A stretch of 64,000 nucleotides of DNA from Eledone cirrhosa (lineage: Eukaryota), in NCBI GenBank assembly GCA_964016885.1, contig OZ024740.1, positions 407,650,001-407,714,000 of the forward strand, in the 5' to 3' direction. Every line of letters starts with the position of its first letter. The first letter of the stretch is position 1. Below are positions 38,451 through 50,910 of this stretch, one piece after another. The notes under the pieces were generated by a model. It saw only the letters and a list, made by a program, of their open reading frames with translations. It had not been told where the DNA came from and did no database searches. A program made the translations under genes and the position numbers.

Positions 38451-40600
38451 TGTGAAAAAATGTGTGGAGATGATCATTGAGAGTGAGGTGGAGTTCTGCG
38501 ACGTCGACACAGACGAACTGGGCCTCCTACTTAGACTTACCTACGACACTGACTACCTAGACAACCATGACCTTAGACGTTTCTGCCCTAGTAGACCCAT
38601 AAGAGGTAGACCCCCACCATAACCTCAATGGCAAAAAAGACTCCCATGGGAAGGTGGATTGGGTGGACCAAAGCTATACGGACCCCCCAAAACAATGATC
38701 AGGTAAGAAAAATGGTCGCACATGCAACAGGGGCTAGTATCAAAACTACCCTAAAGGGCCACATATTTAAGTTCAACGAGAAGATCTACACCCAAAATGA
38801 GGGAGCAGTCATTGGCGTCAGCATAGCTGGTGATGTTGCCAACCTTTTCATGGTATGGTGGGAAAGGAGACTTAAAGATCTCCTTAATGAGAGCTCCATA
38901 GACCTCATCATGTACTCTCGTTATGTAGACGATATCAATATAGTTATAAGAACATCCCCACTAACAAGTTTGATTTAGAACGTAGCACAATGGAAAGCAT
39001 CCAGCAGATAGCTAATTCCATACACCAGAGTATAACTGTAACTATCGACTACCCTTCCAAACACCCTAACAATAGACTACCTGTATTAGACACGGAACTC
39101 TGGATTAACACTATAGACGAGAGAGCCCAAATTCTCCACTCACACTATGCTAAACCCATGGCCTCCAAATACCTGATACTCAAAAACTCAGCAATGTCCA
39201 GTAGTGCTAAGTTTAATATTCTGATCGCAGATTTGGTACGAGTGATGAAGAATGTGTCCTGCATGTGCGACCCAACAGAAATGGAAAGACACATCCAACA
39301 CTTCATCAACCGCATGCAGTTCTCTGGCTACAACCAAAGAGACAGAGTCAGAGTATACGAAGGGGCCATGGAGAAGTATAAGACCCTCATAGAACTGGAC
39401 ATGAAAGGAATTTGCCCATTATACAGGAGGAAATCATGGAATAGCTTAGATAGGGCTAGACATAAGATAGGGAAAGTTACCTCATGGTACGACAACCAGA
39501 GATACCAGAGTGTCATGTTTGTGGACGCTACCCCTGGAGGGAAATTAGCTAACCAGTGTAGAAAGGCCCTGAGAAAGACCCACTTAAAGATTAAGGTGGT
39601 AGAAAAGCCAGGAACCACCATAAAATCCCTGATCAGCAAAACCTACCCTTTTAAGAAAACCCACTGTACTAATAGGAAATGTATCATATGTAAGGTAAAC
39701 CCCCGGATAAACTGTAAAGCTAGAAACGTAGTCTATAGCATAAGATGTACAGAGGGTACTTGCAGAAACATGACAACAACATACATAAGTGAGACAGCTC
39801 GTAGCATAGGTGAAAGGATAGACCAACACTGGGGGGAACTAAAAGGACGAAAAAACGGGTCAGTACTATACGAACATGCCAGACAACAACACGACGGTAA
39901 CATAGACAACATAGAAATTAGAATAATATCTAAACATAGAAATGACCCAGCAGATAGGCAAATCAGAGAGGCCAGTGACATAGAACTTAGAAGGCCAAGA
40001 CTAAACAGAAAGAATGAATGGAATAACAACACCCAAACAAACAACACTGACCTAAGAGAAGTATAAATAAATAAATAAATACATACACAAGCACAATAAC
40101 AACAAACACATATAAACACACACTAGTCACCCAATCACGAACACACATCAAACAAAACACTATACACACATGCAAACGCATGCGCAAAGAAGACAAAATA
40201 AAATAAACAAACAAACAAATAAATAAATAAATATATAGACAAGACTAAATAAAAATGGCGTAGACATACAATGCAACGGGAGGAAACAATAGCACCACTG
40301 ACGATGTTGCAGATGTGCAACGAAAGATTTATGATAAACTATATATATGTCTTTGTGTCTATATTGTATCTGTATTATTTTTGACCGTCGGTCAGTCAAT
40401 GGCAACATTGAGGACCGAATAAATTAGATTACCGATATAAAAGACACAGAAGCGAAAAGCGAAAACCAACCAAACAGTGAGAGTGTTCTGTTATTAATTC
40501 TGGCAATATTACACAAATATGACCCTCCCTAAGTATAACAATATTTGTTTCAACACACGATTTCATATAAAAAACCTCGCAAAACTAATTCATCGCCATA
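38450..40600 (+). mobile_element. Penelope-like element (Neptune-like): RT + GIY-YIG, disrupted
   Basis: ORF pieces 38628-38978 (YTQNEGAVIGVSIAGDVANLFM, YSRYVDD) and 38990-40066 (LPVLDTELW, HYAKPMAS, MQFSGY, CTNRKCIIC, NVVYSIRC..YISETAR, LNRKNEW). 3' UTR with hammerhead. Confidence 0.92.
40294..40335 (+). ncRNA. Minimal type I hammerhead ribozyme in PLE 3' UTR
   Basis: ACCA-CUGACGA-U-GUUGCA-GAUG-UGCAAC-GAAA-GAU-UUA-UGAU. Confidence 0.75.
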
Positions 40601-40633
40601 TATATATGTATATTTATTAAAATAACAGATTAA

Positions 40634-40684
40634 AGTTTAAGCAAAGAATCGCTGCTTTCACCCTTAACGGGATCTTCTGAAACT
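40634..40684 (-). ncRNA. Hammerhead-like motif with full stem III and a core substitution
   Basis: AGUUU-CAGAAGA-UCCC-GUUAA-GGGU-GAAA-GCA-GCGAUUCUU-UGC-UU/AAACU. Stems I-III pair, but the core is CAGAAGA instead of CUGAAGA. Related partial copy at 61381-61430 has a CUC triplet. Confidence 0.6.
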
Positions 40685-40762
40685 AACAAAGTCAATCTGT
40701 AAACACAGAAGTGGATATTTAAAAAAACGTTGCAACCGGAGGAAGACAGGAAGACGATACTT

Positions 40763-41045
40763 TGGTTCGTGGAAACGTTCCCTGGCAAAGAACAGGAAAA
40801 AACGAATATAATACGTCATTAATAGGAGCGGTGAAAAACAATTACGCGCAAAGACAGAACCACATTTATGGTATAAACGAAGTCGTAGACTAATGTTCTC
40901 TTAGATGGTTCATAGAGATGTTCTCTGGCAATGAACGGAATAAATGAAGATAATACGTCATATGTGGAGCGTAGAGAACAAATGCTCACAAAGACAAAAC
41001 CACGTAAATGGTATAGCTGAAGTCGTAGATTAAAATTCTAACTAG
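40763..41045. repeat. Two diverged ~143-bp tandem copies
   Basis: ggttcgtggaaacgttccctggcaa..ataatacgtcat..caaagacagaaccac..gaagtcgtagactaa is repeated as ggttcatagagatgttctctggcaa..ataatacgtcat..caaagacaaaaccac..gaagtcgtagattaa. Confidence 0.75.
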
Positions 41046-41067
41046 GAAACCGAATGAATCTCTGAAT

Positions 41068-41587
41068 CTCTGCACTTTGTTATACAGCTATCGACTTTCA
41101 TGCGCATCACGTGTCCATACCAACGTAGCCTTCTCTCGAGTAAACAACATCTGATCCCTCTTATCTCTAATTTTTTCCTTAGTTCGTTTATGCTTTGCCG
41201 TTCACGTATATTACTGTTACACATCCAGCGGAGCATGCGAGCTTAGTTCCTCTCTAGTCTGCGTATATCCTCTGCACACAATGCCCAGGTCTCACTGCCA
41301 TGCAGCATTGCTGTTCGTATGCAGGCATCGTACAACCTGCCTTTCATTTTTAGGGAGAACCCTTTAGCAGCTAATAGTGGTATAAGTTCTCTGAACTTTT
41401 TCCAACCAGTTCTGACTCTAGCTACAGTACTTTCAGAGCACCCTCCCCCACTGCTGATTTTATCGCCCAGGTAACGGAAGCTGTCCACTATTTCTATAGA
41501 ACCCTCTGCGCAATTGAAAGAGCTAGTATTTTGTGGGCACTTGCTGCTACTTATTGCACCAGAACACCGGCCACATGTAAAATCTAT
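41068..41587 (-). mobile_element. Internal RTE LINE fragment
   Basis: IDFTCGRC...RRLRWYGHVMRMKVDSCITKCR, nearly identical to 33333-33850; truncated at both ends. Confidence 0.9.
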
Positions 41588-41610
41588 GTATATATACACA
41601 TATACATATA

Positions 41611-42907
41611 CATGGATGATATTTGTTTGCAACTTTCAACTGCTAATTTTATGCAAATCTTTTTTACTTCCGTTGTCATTCTTGTCTTCATAAAAACAGT
41701 GACTATATTTCCATTATTTATTTTCAGAATAATTGATTATGAATAATTTTGAACCGCCAAATTTGTGGAAGAGACACGGAGTTCTTCTTGGAATCTGCGC
41801 CGGGAGGACAAATAAGGAAATTTCAGACTTTCTCACCGTCAACACGAGAATGGTGGAAAAACTCAGAAAGGAATTGGAAGATTCTGGATTCGATTACGAA
41901 GCAACATCAGAGAGGAAAACACATGATCGACGATCTGATGTCTTCAGAACCACCGAGTTCGTTGCTGAAGTTCAGGATATCATGAACAATGAACCTAGCA
42001 AGTCGATGCGTACCATTGCAAGGGAGAAAGGCGTGGACGAAAAGCTCATTAGGCTGGTGGTACATTAAGACATTCGCTACGTTTCATACAAGATGAGGAA
42101 AGGGCAATTTCTGTCAAACGCAATGCAAGAAAAGCAACTGAAGCACGCAAAGAAGCTGATCAACAAGTTGAAACACCCACTGGAGCCAGACATGGTGTGG
42201 TTTTCTCCGACAAGAAAAACTTCTGCTAAAATCAGAAGATCAATTCCCAGAACAACAGGTGGCTCGCTGTCTCATCCAAAGACATGCCCAGAGTCATGCA
42301 GACAAAGTTTCCAGCGACAACATTGGTCTTAGGTGTCGTCAGCAGTCAAGGTGAGATCATGCCACCTCACTTCTTCAGCCTCAAGCTGAACACCGATGGC
42401 TACATCCGCGTTCTAAGCAAGCTAGTAAAGCCCTGGATAGACCAGGTAGCTGCAGGTAGGCTGTATGTGTGGCAGCAAGACTCAGCGCCCTGCCATACCA
42501 GCCGAAAGACCCACACCTGGCTGTTAGAGAACTTCGTCGACCACACTTCACCTGACATCTGGCCTCCCAGCTCACCTGACTGCAACCCCCTCGACTTCTT
42601 TGTGTGGGGTGCAGTGGAACGAGACACCAACAGATCTAGCTGCAATACGAAAGACGATCTGAAGGCCAGGATCACAAGTGCCTTTAGGGGCCTAAGTCAG
42701 GGGACAGTGACGAAGGCCTGTAGCCAGTTCCGAGGCTGCCTTGAGGCCGTCATCAAAGTGAATGGCGGGTATATCGAGTGAGATCGAAAGAACAAGTCAT
42801 GAAGACAAATTGACCCAAGTTTGATAAATATATCTTTAAAAAATAAAACTACTGTGTTATTTTTTCCTAGACAGTAATCTTGCGAACAAATATCGTCCGC
42901 ACCCTGT
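41611..42907 (+). mobile_element. Tc1/mariner-superfamily DNA transposon, DD37D (maT-like), inactivated
   Basis: Right TIR (reverse complement cagggtgcggacgatatttgttcgcaa) matches the eroded left end (ggatgatatttgtttgcaa); TA flanks. Transposase in three pieces (41733-42781) with HTH region, frameshifted FSD motif, WQQDSAPCH and WPPSSPDCNPLD; 37 residues between the second and third Asp. Confidence 0.9.
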
Positions 42908-43514
42908 ATATATATATATGGTGGCTGCCAACTCGTTTTCGATTACGGCCACTACTTTATATCCATGTAGGAGAACCCCTACCGATGCGCTGAATGAGTG
43001 TGACTTTTTAGTCCAGCCAGCGACTTGAAAACTGTGGTACAAACACTACACTTGTGACAATTATTGACACATAGTGCTGGGCCCATGGTACCATGTGACG
43101 ACAAGTGCAGAGAGATCTCCAGATATAAAGCAATGCCTGTGCCGTGAAGCTTTTATAATGAGAAAAGGCACTGCACAAAGCCAGTCCCACTCTCTTAACC
43201 AAGATGATATTTACCAAAAAGAAGAACAAGTCAACATCATTGGATACCATCAGGGTTGAAGGTATTATATCAGAGTTTTCCTTCTCCTAGAATTCTGCCT
43301 TGACAAAGACTAAGGGGTCATCTCTCCCGGTGATTTTGGATGGCCATTGACTCTTAAGAGCTCCTTTGCCCTTTGAAAGGTATTGTTTTTAGTCCTGCAG
43401 GATGTCCAAAGTCACCCTCCTCACCAAGAAACCTTGGTGGGGTTGCCAGTTTAGTCGCCAACGACCCGACCATGGGACAGGTTGTACTGGAATACATGTT
43501 ACCAGTAGCACCAA

Positions 43515-43537
43515 TATATGTGTATATATACATATAT

Positions 43538-43586
<49 letters not shown>

Positions 43587-43629
43587 TATATATTTATATA
43601 TATATATATACACACATATACATATATAT

Positions 43630-43666
<37 letters not shown>

Positions 43667-43670
43667 TATA

Positions 43671-43716
<46 letters not shown>

Positions 43717-43724
43717 TATATATT

Positions 43725-43756
<32 letters not shown>

Positions 43757-43801
43757 TATATATTTATATATATATATATATACACACATATACATATATA
43801 T

Positions 43802-43838
<37 letters not shown>

Positions 43839-43842
43839 TATA

Positions 43843-43894
<52 letters not shown>

Positions 43895-43908
43895 TATACA
43901 TATATATT

Positions 43909-43939
<31 letters not shown>

Positions 43940-44017
43940 ATATATATATCTATATATACACACATATACATATATATTTATATATATATATACACACACA
44001 CACACACATATATATAT
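43515..44017. repeat. Compound (TA)n/(CA) microsatellite with a ~35-45-bp higher-order unit
   Basis: Repeated acacacatatacatatatattt(at)n blocks. Similar compound arrays at 20678-21152, 23365-23535, 26822-27005 and 29556-30200. Confidence 0.9.
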
Positions 44018-44133
44018 GTTCAGTATAAATCAAAATTTAAGTAAAGCTAAAAGAATACAAAATACTACTGGCTTATTAGATAGGCATTAAGCATTAACTT
44101 TTAAGAAGGAAAATGGAAATTAAGCAATGGCAT

Positions 44134-44240
44134 TCATCATCATCACCGTTTTACGACCGTTCTTCCACGCTAGCATGGGTTAGACGGGTTGTCCTGTTGT
44201 GGGCAGTGTCTGGTCGGCTGACCTTGTCTTGCTCAACAAC
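44134..44240 (-). mobile_element. SINE/RTE 3' tail fragment
   Basis: Nearly identical to 61500-61610 and the reverse complement of 23245-23345. Confidence 0.8.
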
Positions 44241-44742
44241 ATTAATAAAGAAATTCTAATTAGGAATTGAAACTAGGTCATAGATTCATTTTGCTTAATG
44301 AGTCAATGTAGTGAAAAATGTGTGTACAAGTGTGTATATATAATGATCACTAATTGAACATGATATAAAGCAATTTGTAAAGATATACCAATTTGGAATT
44401 TAAAGAGAAATTCACTGATATATAAAAGTTTTTTTTTTTCATTTTTTTAAAAAGTAATATAGATTTGAATTCTGCACTGACAATTAACATTAAGAAAAGA
44501 TTAACTTTTCTCTTTCAATTAAACAGTAATTTTTTGGATTAAACAAAATGTTGTTTTGCTCATAAAAATTATATCTAAATTCATTGATCAAGTCGATATG
44601 TAATTTATCCGAATAATTCATGTATCAAAGAGAAAATTATTAGATTTTGTATACTTATTAGGTACAAATTATGAGAATTAAGGGTTAGATTTTTCATTTT
44701 GCAATAAAAATATTAAGCGTAGAAATATTTCAGTATACTTAC

Positions 44743-44836
44743 CCATATGATGACTGTCCATTTGTAATTACTCGAACTACATATAAGACACATGTTAATA
44801 CTTTGATAACCAAATTGAAAATCCTAATTCGTAAAC
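44743..44836 (-). CDS. KCNT1: Internal coding exon of the Slo2/KCNT channel (S1 transmembrane helix)
   Basis: ttctttttag | GT TTA CGA ... TCA TAT GG | gtaagt encodes (S)LRIRIFNLVIKVLTCVLYVVRVITNGQSSY(G), matching KCNT [26 protein letters not shown]. 94 nt, in frame with the 58595-58674 exon. Confidence 0.93.
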
Positions 44837-45727
44837 CTAAAAAGAAACAAATACATATTATGAAATATTTGAAATTATTTCAGCATTATGTAAGGAAAGA
44901 GTAAAACAATTTTCATGAACAAAAGGAGAACAAATAAATAAATTTGCTACAAATATCTAAACCAGTAAAATATAATTTATTTTGTATTGAATAGAAACTA
45001 CACCACCTTTAAGTATTTCCATACCATGTACATATGCTAACAATGTATCCTCAATACAAATCAAAGGAGATTTTTTGTGGTTGTTCATATTACTATAATT
45101 AGCAAACAATTATCACATTAATCACAATCTACCATCCTGTAATAGGGAACGTTACGTTGGATAAAGTAGTCTGTAATACAATATATCACAATAAAAACAT
45201 AATGGGAATAGCAAGATATGTTTTTGAGCATAGGTCTACTTAAATACGGGTGACCTGATGCTAAACAATAACACCAACTAATTCTCTATAAAATAGATAA
45301 GCCTTTCCAAAACATTCCATACAAGAGAGTGAAATAAAGAAGGGAGTGAAGGAAGGAAAGTACAATGTTAGCAGAATCTCTATGTATATATACATATATA
45401 GGGTGAATCATAAGTAACTGGGATGTCACTGCATTTTTATTGCAAGGTTCACAGATAACCTGTTTCAAAACATATTGAGGAATTGGATTAGCTTTTTAAA
45501 CACAATTTTTTTTAACTACTTCTGTTTGGTGTATTTATCATTTTGTACTGTATTCCCAGTTACTTATGACTTATCCTGTATATTCATAGTTGAGAAGATA
45601 TAATGTGTCAGTCATGAATATAACATAAGAACACTGTTCAACTGCAGATCTGCCAACCTCTAAAAACCTAAATGAAAAAAAGTGCCCCAAAACATGAAGA
45701 AATGTGGCAAAATGGGGGGATTTTACA

Positions 45728-45892
45728 TAATTGTTTCTACTTTAGGCACAAGGCCAGCAATTACCCAGTGCATTACTGGTACTTTATTTTATCGACCCTG
45801 TAAGGATGAAAGGCAAAGTCAACCTCGGCGGGATTTGAACTCAGATCATAAAGGGACGTAACTATGCTGGAAAGCATGGCGTCCGACCCTCT
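45728..45892 (-). mobile_element. Second-family tRNA-derived SINE
   Basis: tactggtactttattttatcgaccctgtaaggatgaaaggcaaagtcaacctcggcgggatttgaactcag. Confidence 0.75.
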
Positions 45893-46716
45893 GGGATTTT
45901 ACATAATGAAAGCTTTACACATTTTCAAAAGAGAAGACATCTCTCACGCACCCCATGGGAGATCTCCCCATCGGATGGGGAGGGTTAACAGGTCTGCAAC
46001 AGAAACATTACACTCTACAGTTATCAGAATTAAATATATTTTAAAGAAGTAAGAATGATTAAGCTGTAAACTGCAAGGCACAATGTGGTAAGATTTAGAG
46101 TTTAAAATCACAGATCATAGAAAAATAAAGTATGGTAGAACATGTATAATGTGAAAATGGAAACCATATGTTAGTACTAAACTATTTGATCTTGTTCCCA
46201 GCTATCTCTATATATATCTATGTTCTTTTATTCTTTTACAGATTTTATTCACTTGACTGTAGCCATGCTGGGATACCACCTTCAAGTGTTTAATCGATCA
46301 TATCAACCCCAGTACTTATCATATTATATCTGATACATATTTTAGTGGTTAGGGTGTTGGGCTCATGATCATAAGGTTGCGAGTTTGATTCTCAGCAGTG
46401 CATTGTGTCTTTAAGTAAGACATTTTAATTCACATGCAGTTGGTAAAATGAGTTGTATCTGTAATTCAAATGGCCAGTCTTGTCATACACTATGTCATGC
46501 TGAATCTCTTTGAGAATCACATTGAGGGTACACATATTTGTGGAATGCTCAGCCACTTGCACATTGATTTTATGGGCAGGCTGTTCCATTAGTCAAACAA
46601 CTGGAACACTAGTTATCAGAACAACACTACAACGTATTTTATTGTTCTTTGTCAAACTATCTTATGGGGCATAAAGAGAATCAGTTCATAAGGAGTATAG
46701 ATGTAAATGCAGACAT

Positions 46717-46752
<36 letters not shown>

Positions 46753-46815
46753 ATCGTCATCATCACCATTTTACATCCATTCTTCCATGCTAGCATATAT
46801 ATATCATATATATTA

Positions 46816-46862
<47 letters not shown>

Positions 46863-48919
46863 ATGGGCTTCCATGATGCATTGGTTAACATAAGGCTAGA
46901 GTAAAAGATACTTGCTCAAGGCACCATGCAGTTGGATTGAACCCAAAACTATGTGGTTGCAAAGTGACCTTCTTAGCCATACAGATGTACCTGCACCCAG
47001 GACATATTTGGACATACACATCAATTTTCTTTTCAAAGTAATTAGGTATACTTGCATAATTGAGAACTTAGATAATCATTATATGATGAATGAATTCCAT
47101 GAGGGAAACAATGTAATTATAAGTTACAAAATGTTTACTTAATGTTATTTCTGTGCAATACACATGTGTACATATTAATGTTGGCCATGCCAAATTTAGA
47201 GTAAGTAATTTTTATTTTAATAATGAGCACTGCCAAAAGAGGAAAAGAAGAAAGAAAAACCCATAGAACTCTGTATAATGATTTGTTATATTACTTGGTG
47301 GAAGTAAATCTCCAGCAGACCATAAAGGAATTACCCAAAATATGTCATTCTTTCATGCCTGTTCTGTTATTCATAAGAACTTGAAACAAACTGGAATGAT
47401 AAATAAACTAACAATCGACATTCTTTCAAGAGTAACACTTGTTAATATCATAAAAATAGTTTCTATCAATACTTTTTATTTGTCACCTGCTAACTGCAGT
47501 TATATAAATACTTCACTTTGGCTGTAATTGCATGCTTATATTGAGTCATATTTTTCCAGGATTCTAGATTTAGAGGAAAAGGTATTTATGGGAAACATTT
47601 TAATTTTCTATTGAAAGAAATGTAAAATGTCTTTATAGCCAACCGTATTGTCTGCATATAATGAAGTAGGTTAACATACAGAAGTGTTCACTATCTTTAA
47701 GTTGTATCTATGAAGTGTGAGTGCATAACATATTTGCCCTTGTTGTTCTGTAAGTTGCTCACCAATATAGGAAAGCTAAGTATTTTACAATAGTATTATT
47801 AATAAAACTAACTGCATATATTGAACAAAAGATACAATAAAAGGTATACATTATAAGATAAGCAACTGGCTTAATTTGAAAAAGAAATCTTTAATTTATC
47901 CAATTTTTGCATCAATCCTTGATATTGTGGTAAGATAGGGCATATGAATAAAACGTAAACAGAAATAGAACTGAAACAATTTGGACTTTATTGGTAATAT
48001 TGTGACAAAGTGTAAAAAAAACCTACGGATATTCAGGTTGGTTTTGTATAAAGTATAGGTTCTACCATCGGTCCTGGTTGAGACACATTCAAATCTATTG
48101 GGCATGCTTGTAAAAAAAAATGAACTAAAAGTGGTTGTTGAATTCATTTATCTAAGGAATTCCATCAACAACAAAGGTGAGTTATAGAAAGCTCCTCAAT
48201 TTGTAATTAATTAACCAATCAAGATATGAACCAATTAGCTTTCCAGGGAGAAATCAGTAAAAGAGCTAACCTGTGTAAAAAGATATGGAAATGTTGTTTC
48301 AGATGGATTGACAACTTCACAAGACAACCATAATCTAAATCTATCAAATTCACTACAAACAATTTTGTTGTTGTTGTTTAATTCCAGGTGAAACTTGATC
48401 TAGCACACCTATGACAAACAATATTCAAGCTATGACCATCTTGTCTTTTGTTAAAACTATATTATCCATTCAGTTGTTCCTTTTATTTTGAGACAGTAGA
48501 ATCTGATTTGAGGTAGGGATTTGGCTGCTATTTCTAGTACATCAAGTGATTACATTGTGGCTCTGTATATTTGATTACCTCAAATCACAGATACAAATTA
48601 TCTGAGAATGATACTTAAAACAGACAGGCATGATATACAGAGGAAGATTTATATCCTATCATGCTTAATATGACAAAACACAGCTATGAACTAGCACTTA
48701 CATCTGTAGAAGGTTAGGATGCATTTATATTATTCCCATTCCCATTGGAGGACAAACTTGTAATAAATGAAAGACTGAGAACTACAGAATGTTAACAGAC
48801 ACTGGAATTATACACACATGTTCAAGCTTTCTTAACACTAACATTTTTGAAACTCATTGAAGTGATCTTTGTTGATGTAAATTACCACACATCTTAATAA
48901 TAATGTTTAAACTAAGTTT

Positions 48920-48961
<42 letters not shown>

Positions 48962-49004
48962 CAATGATATTAATAAATGGAAACTATATTTATAAAACCA
49001 TATT

Positions 49005-49065
49005 TATTTTATTATATATATTTCAAGGGTACCAACATTTTGGTACACTGTCATCAGATAAAATA
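49005..49065 (-). ncRNA. Type I hammerhead ribozyme in a PLE terminal fragment
   Basis: UAUUUUAU-CUGAUGA-[CAGU-GUACCAA-AAUG-UUGGUAC-CCUU]-GAAA-UAUAUA-UA/AUAAAAUA. Canonical core, perfect 8-bp stem I. Downstream sequence matches the 38070-38104 terminus and ends near (TA)n. Confidence 0.85.
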
Positions 49066-50079
49066 CAAGATTTTTTTTATAAAAGGTGACATACCCAAGA
49101 AACCAGACCTTATCGGTTCAGGTTCAGTTTGGATTGATATTATACTCCAAAAATTTGTAGAGTGCTTCAAATCTGTTAGAAATAAATTTGTTGAATAACC
49201 AACAAATTAAATATCTCTTTGCTTATATATATATATATAAACCTATAAAAGTAGACAAGATAGATATGTGAAGAGAATGATTCTTTACTCTCAAGTAATA
49301 AACCAAGTATTTTCCAAGTGCAAAAAGAATACATCTTTTAACAGAGTAATCTTTATTAAGTTACTTTTAACTTTAACACATTTTCATTACATTTCAAGAA
49401 AAGTAACATATATTGAAAAGATTTTTAAAAGCCACTTTCTGAAAATATATCTCTTCTTATTTACTTAACACTAAGAAATTGGTGAACTTGCTATGTTACA
49501 TTAGCGATTATTGAACAAAGATTTGAAAATTGTAAAGGAATACAAAATTATAATGTAACAAGAAAAAGTAAGGTAAATGCAAATTATGTTGTCTGTCGAT
49601 AGTAAAACATTTTAAAAACAACACTGATAACTTGATTGATTGTGCACCTTCTCTATGATACATCAAATATTATAGGGAAGGCATACAATCAATTGAAGCC
49701 ATGATAACTTATTACTGACACCTATGTTATTAACACCAGTGGGTAGAGAAAAGTAAAGCTAACACACAAAATTTGAACTCACAATGTAAAAAAGATTAAA
49801 AGAGATTGTATGGCATTCATTCTGACACATCAGTTAGAGCTTCATCAGAAAGTCTGAAAATCAATTAAAGGTGTTTGTCATTTTTCAATTTTCAAGGAAA
49901 TTTGACATGCTTACATGTCTAAATACTAATAATGGCTTAATCAGGCAAATGCCTGCAGTTCAATCCTACACAAGATCATTCAACTAGCTCTCAAGATGTA
50001 TTATGTTCCAAAGAACATCTGAGAGATGCTGAAGAGGTATTTTCATGAATTCTCTATATGATTCTCAACTAAAGAGTGT

Positions 50080-50247
50080 GAAGGCGCATGGCTTAGTGGT
50101 TAGAGCATTGGGCTTGCAATCAAAAGGTTGTGAGTTCAATTCTCGGACCGGGTGATGTGTTGTTTTCTTGAGCAAGACACTTTACTTCATGCTGCTCCAG
50201 TTTACTCAGCTGTAGAAATGAGATGATAGGACTGGTGTCTCTATCAT
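50080..50247 (+). mobile_element. CORE-like SINE, 5' half
   Basis: ggcgcatggcttagtggttagagc, gtgagttcaattctc, cttgagcaagacacttta; tail missing. Confidence 0.82.
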
Positions 50248-50874
50248 TAAATCACCCAAAACATCTCCAACGAGATATACCTTGGAGGAGGCCAGTTAAA
50301 CCTGCATAGGTGTGAGCTGTCACACACACTAAAGAGTAAACAGCAGTCTGGATCAATTTGGAAGTTGTTATGGCAATATACTGTGCAATCGTCCCTATAT
50401 TGTTTGTGTTGGCAATCAAGGTCATTGTGAAAGCAGCATTGGGCTGGTTAGCTCCAACATTCTGTAACCTCTGCAGTGACTGATTTCTTATTTTGTGTCT
50501 CTCCTTTGTTCTGTCCAAGATGGTATAGGACAGAACAAAGAAGACACACAAAATAGCACATCTTACGAAGTCCCAGAATGTGTGACAAAAGAGCTTTGAC
50601 AATAAATAAACAACCATCTGGTCATTGAACCAACCAATTGGAAATTTATAATAAATTGAAGTGAAAACCAACATGTCCATATGATTTTATCGGCAACATG
50701 ACCCCCACCCCCACCAAAGTATAACAATTCCTAATAATAATAAGAATAGATAAGAAATCTTGCAAAACAAATTCAAAAACGTGTCAACATGAATGGACCT
50801 GTTATTTTTATCTAAAGACATTTTTTCCATTTCCAACCCACCCGTCCCCTCAATCTATCTTATTTCTTATCCTT

Positions 50875-50910
50875 TCTTCTGATGAAGGACTAGCGTCCGA
50901 AACGTTAAGA
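50875..50910 (+). ncRNA. Minimal type I hammerhead ribozyme (PLE-type)
   Basis: UCUU-CUGAUGA-A-GGAC-UAGC-GUCC-GAAA-CG-UU/AAGA. Stems I and II perfect; palindromic AACGUU stem III. Confidence 0.85.

Noticed and set aside
42918-43515. Possible LINE 5' UTR with an HDV-like ribozyme
   Set aside because: A hairpin is present, but I could not build the nested double pseudoknot; left as an unclassified repeat.
50252-50680. 142-aa minus-strand ORF as a possible channel exon
   Set aside because: No KCNT similarity, and the flanking exons already join in frame with a continuous KCNT alignment.
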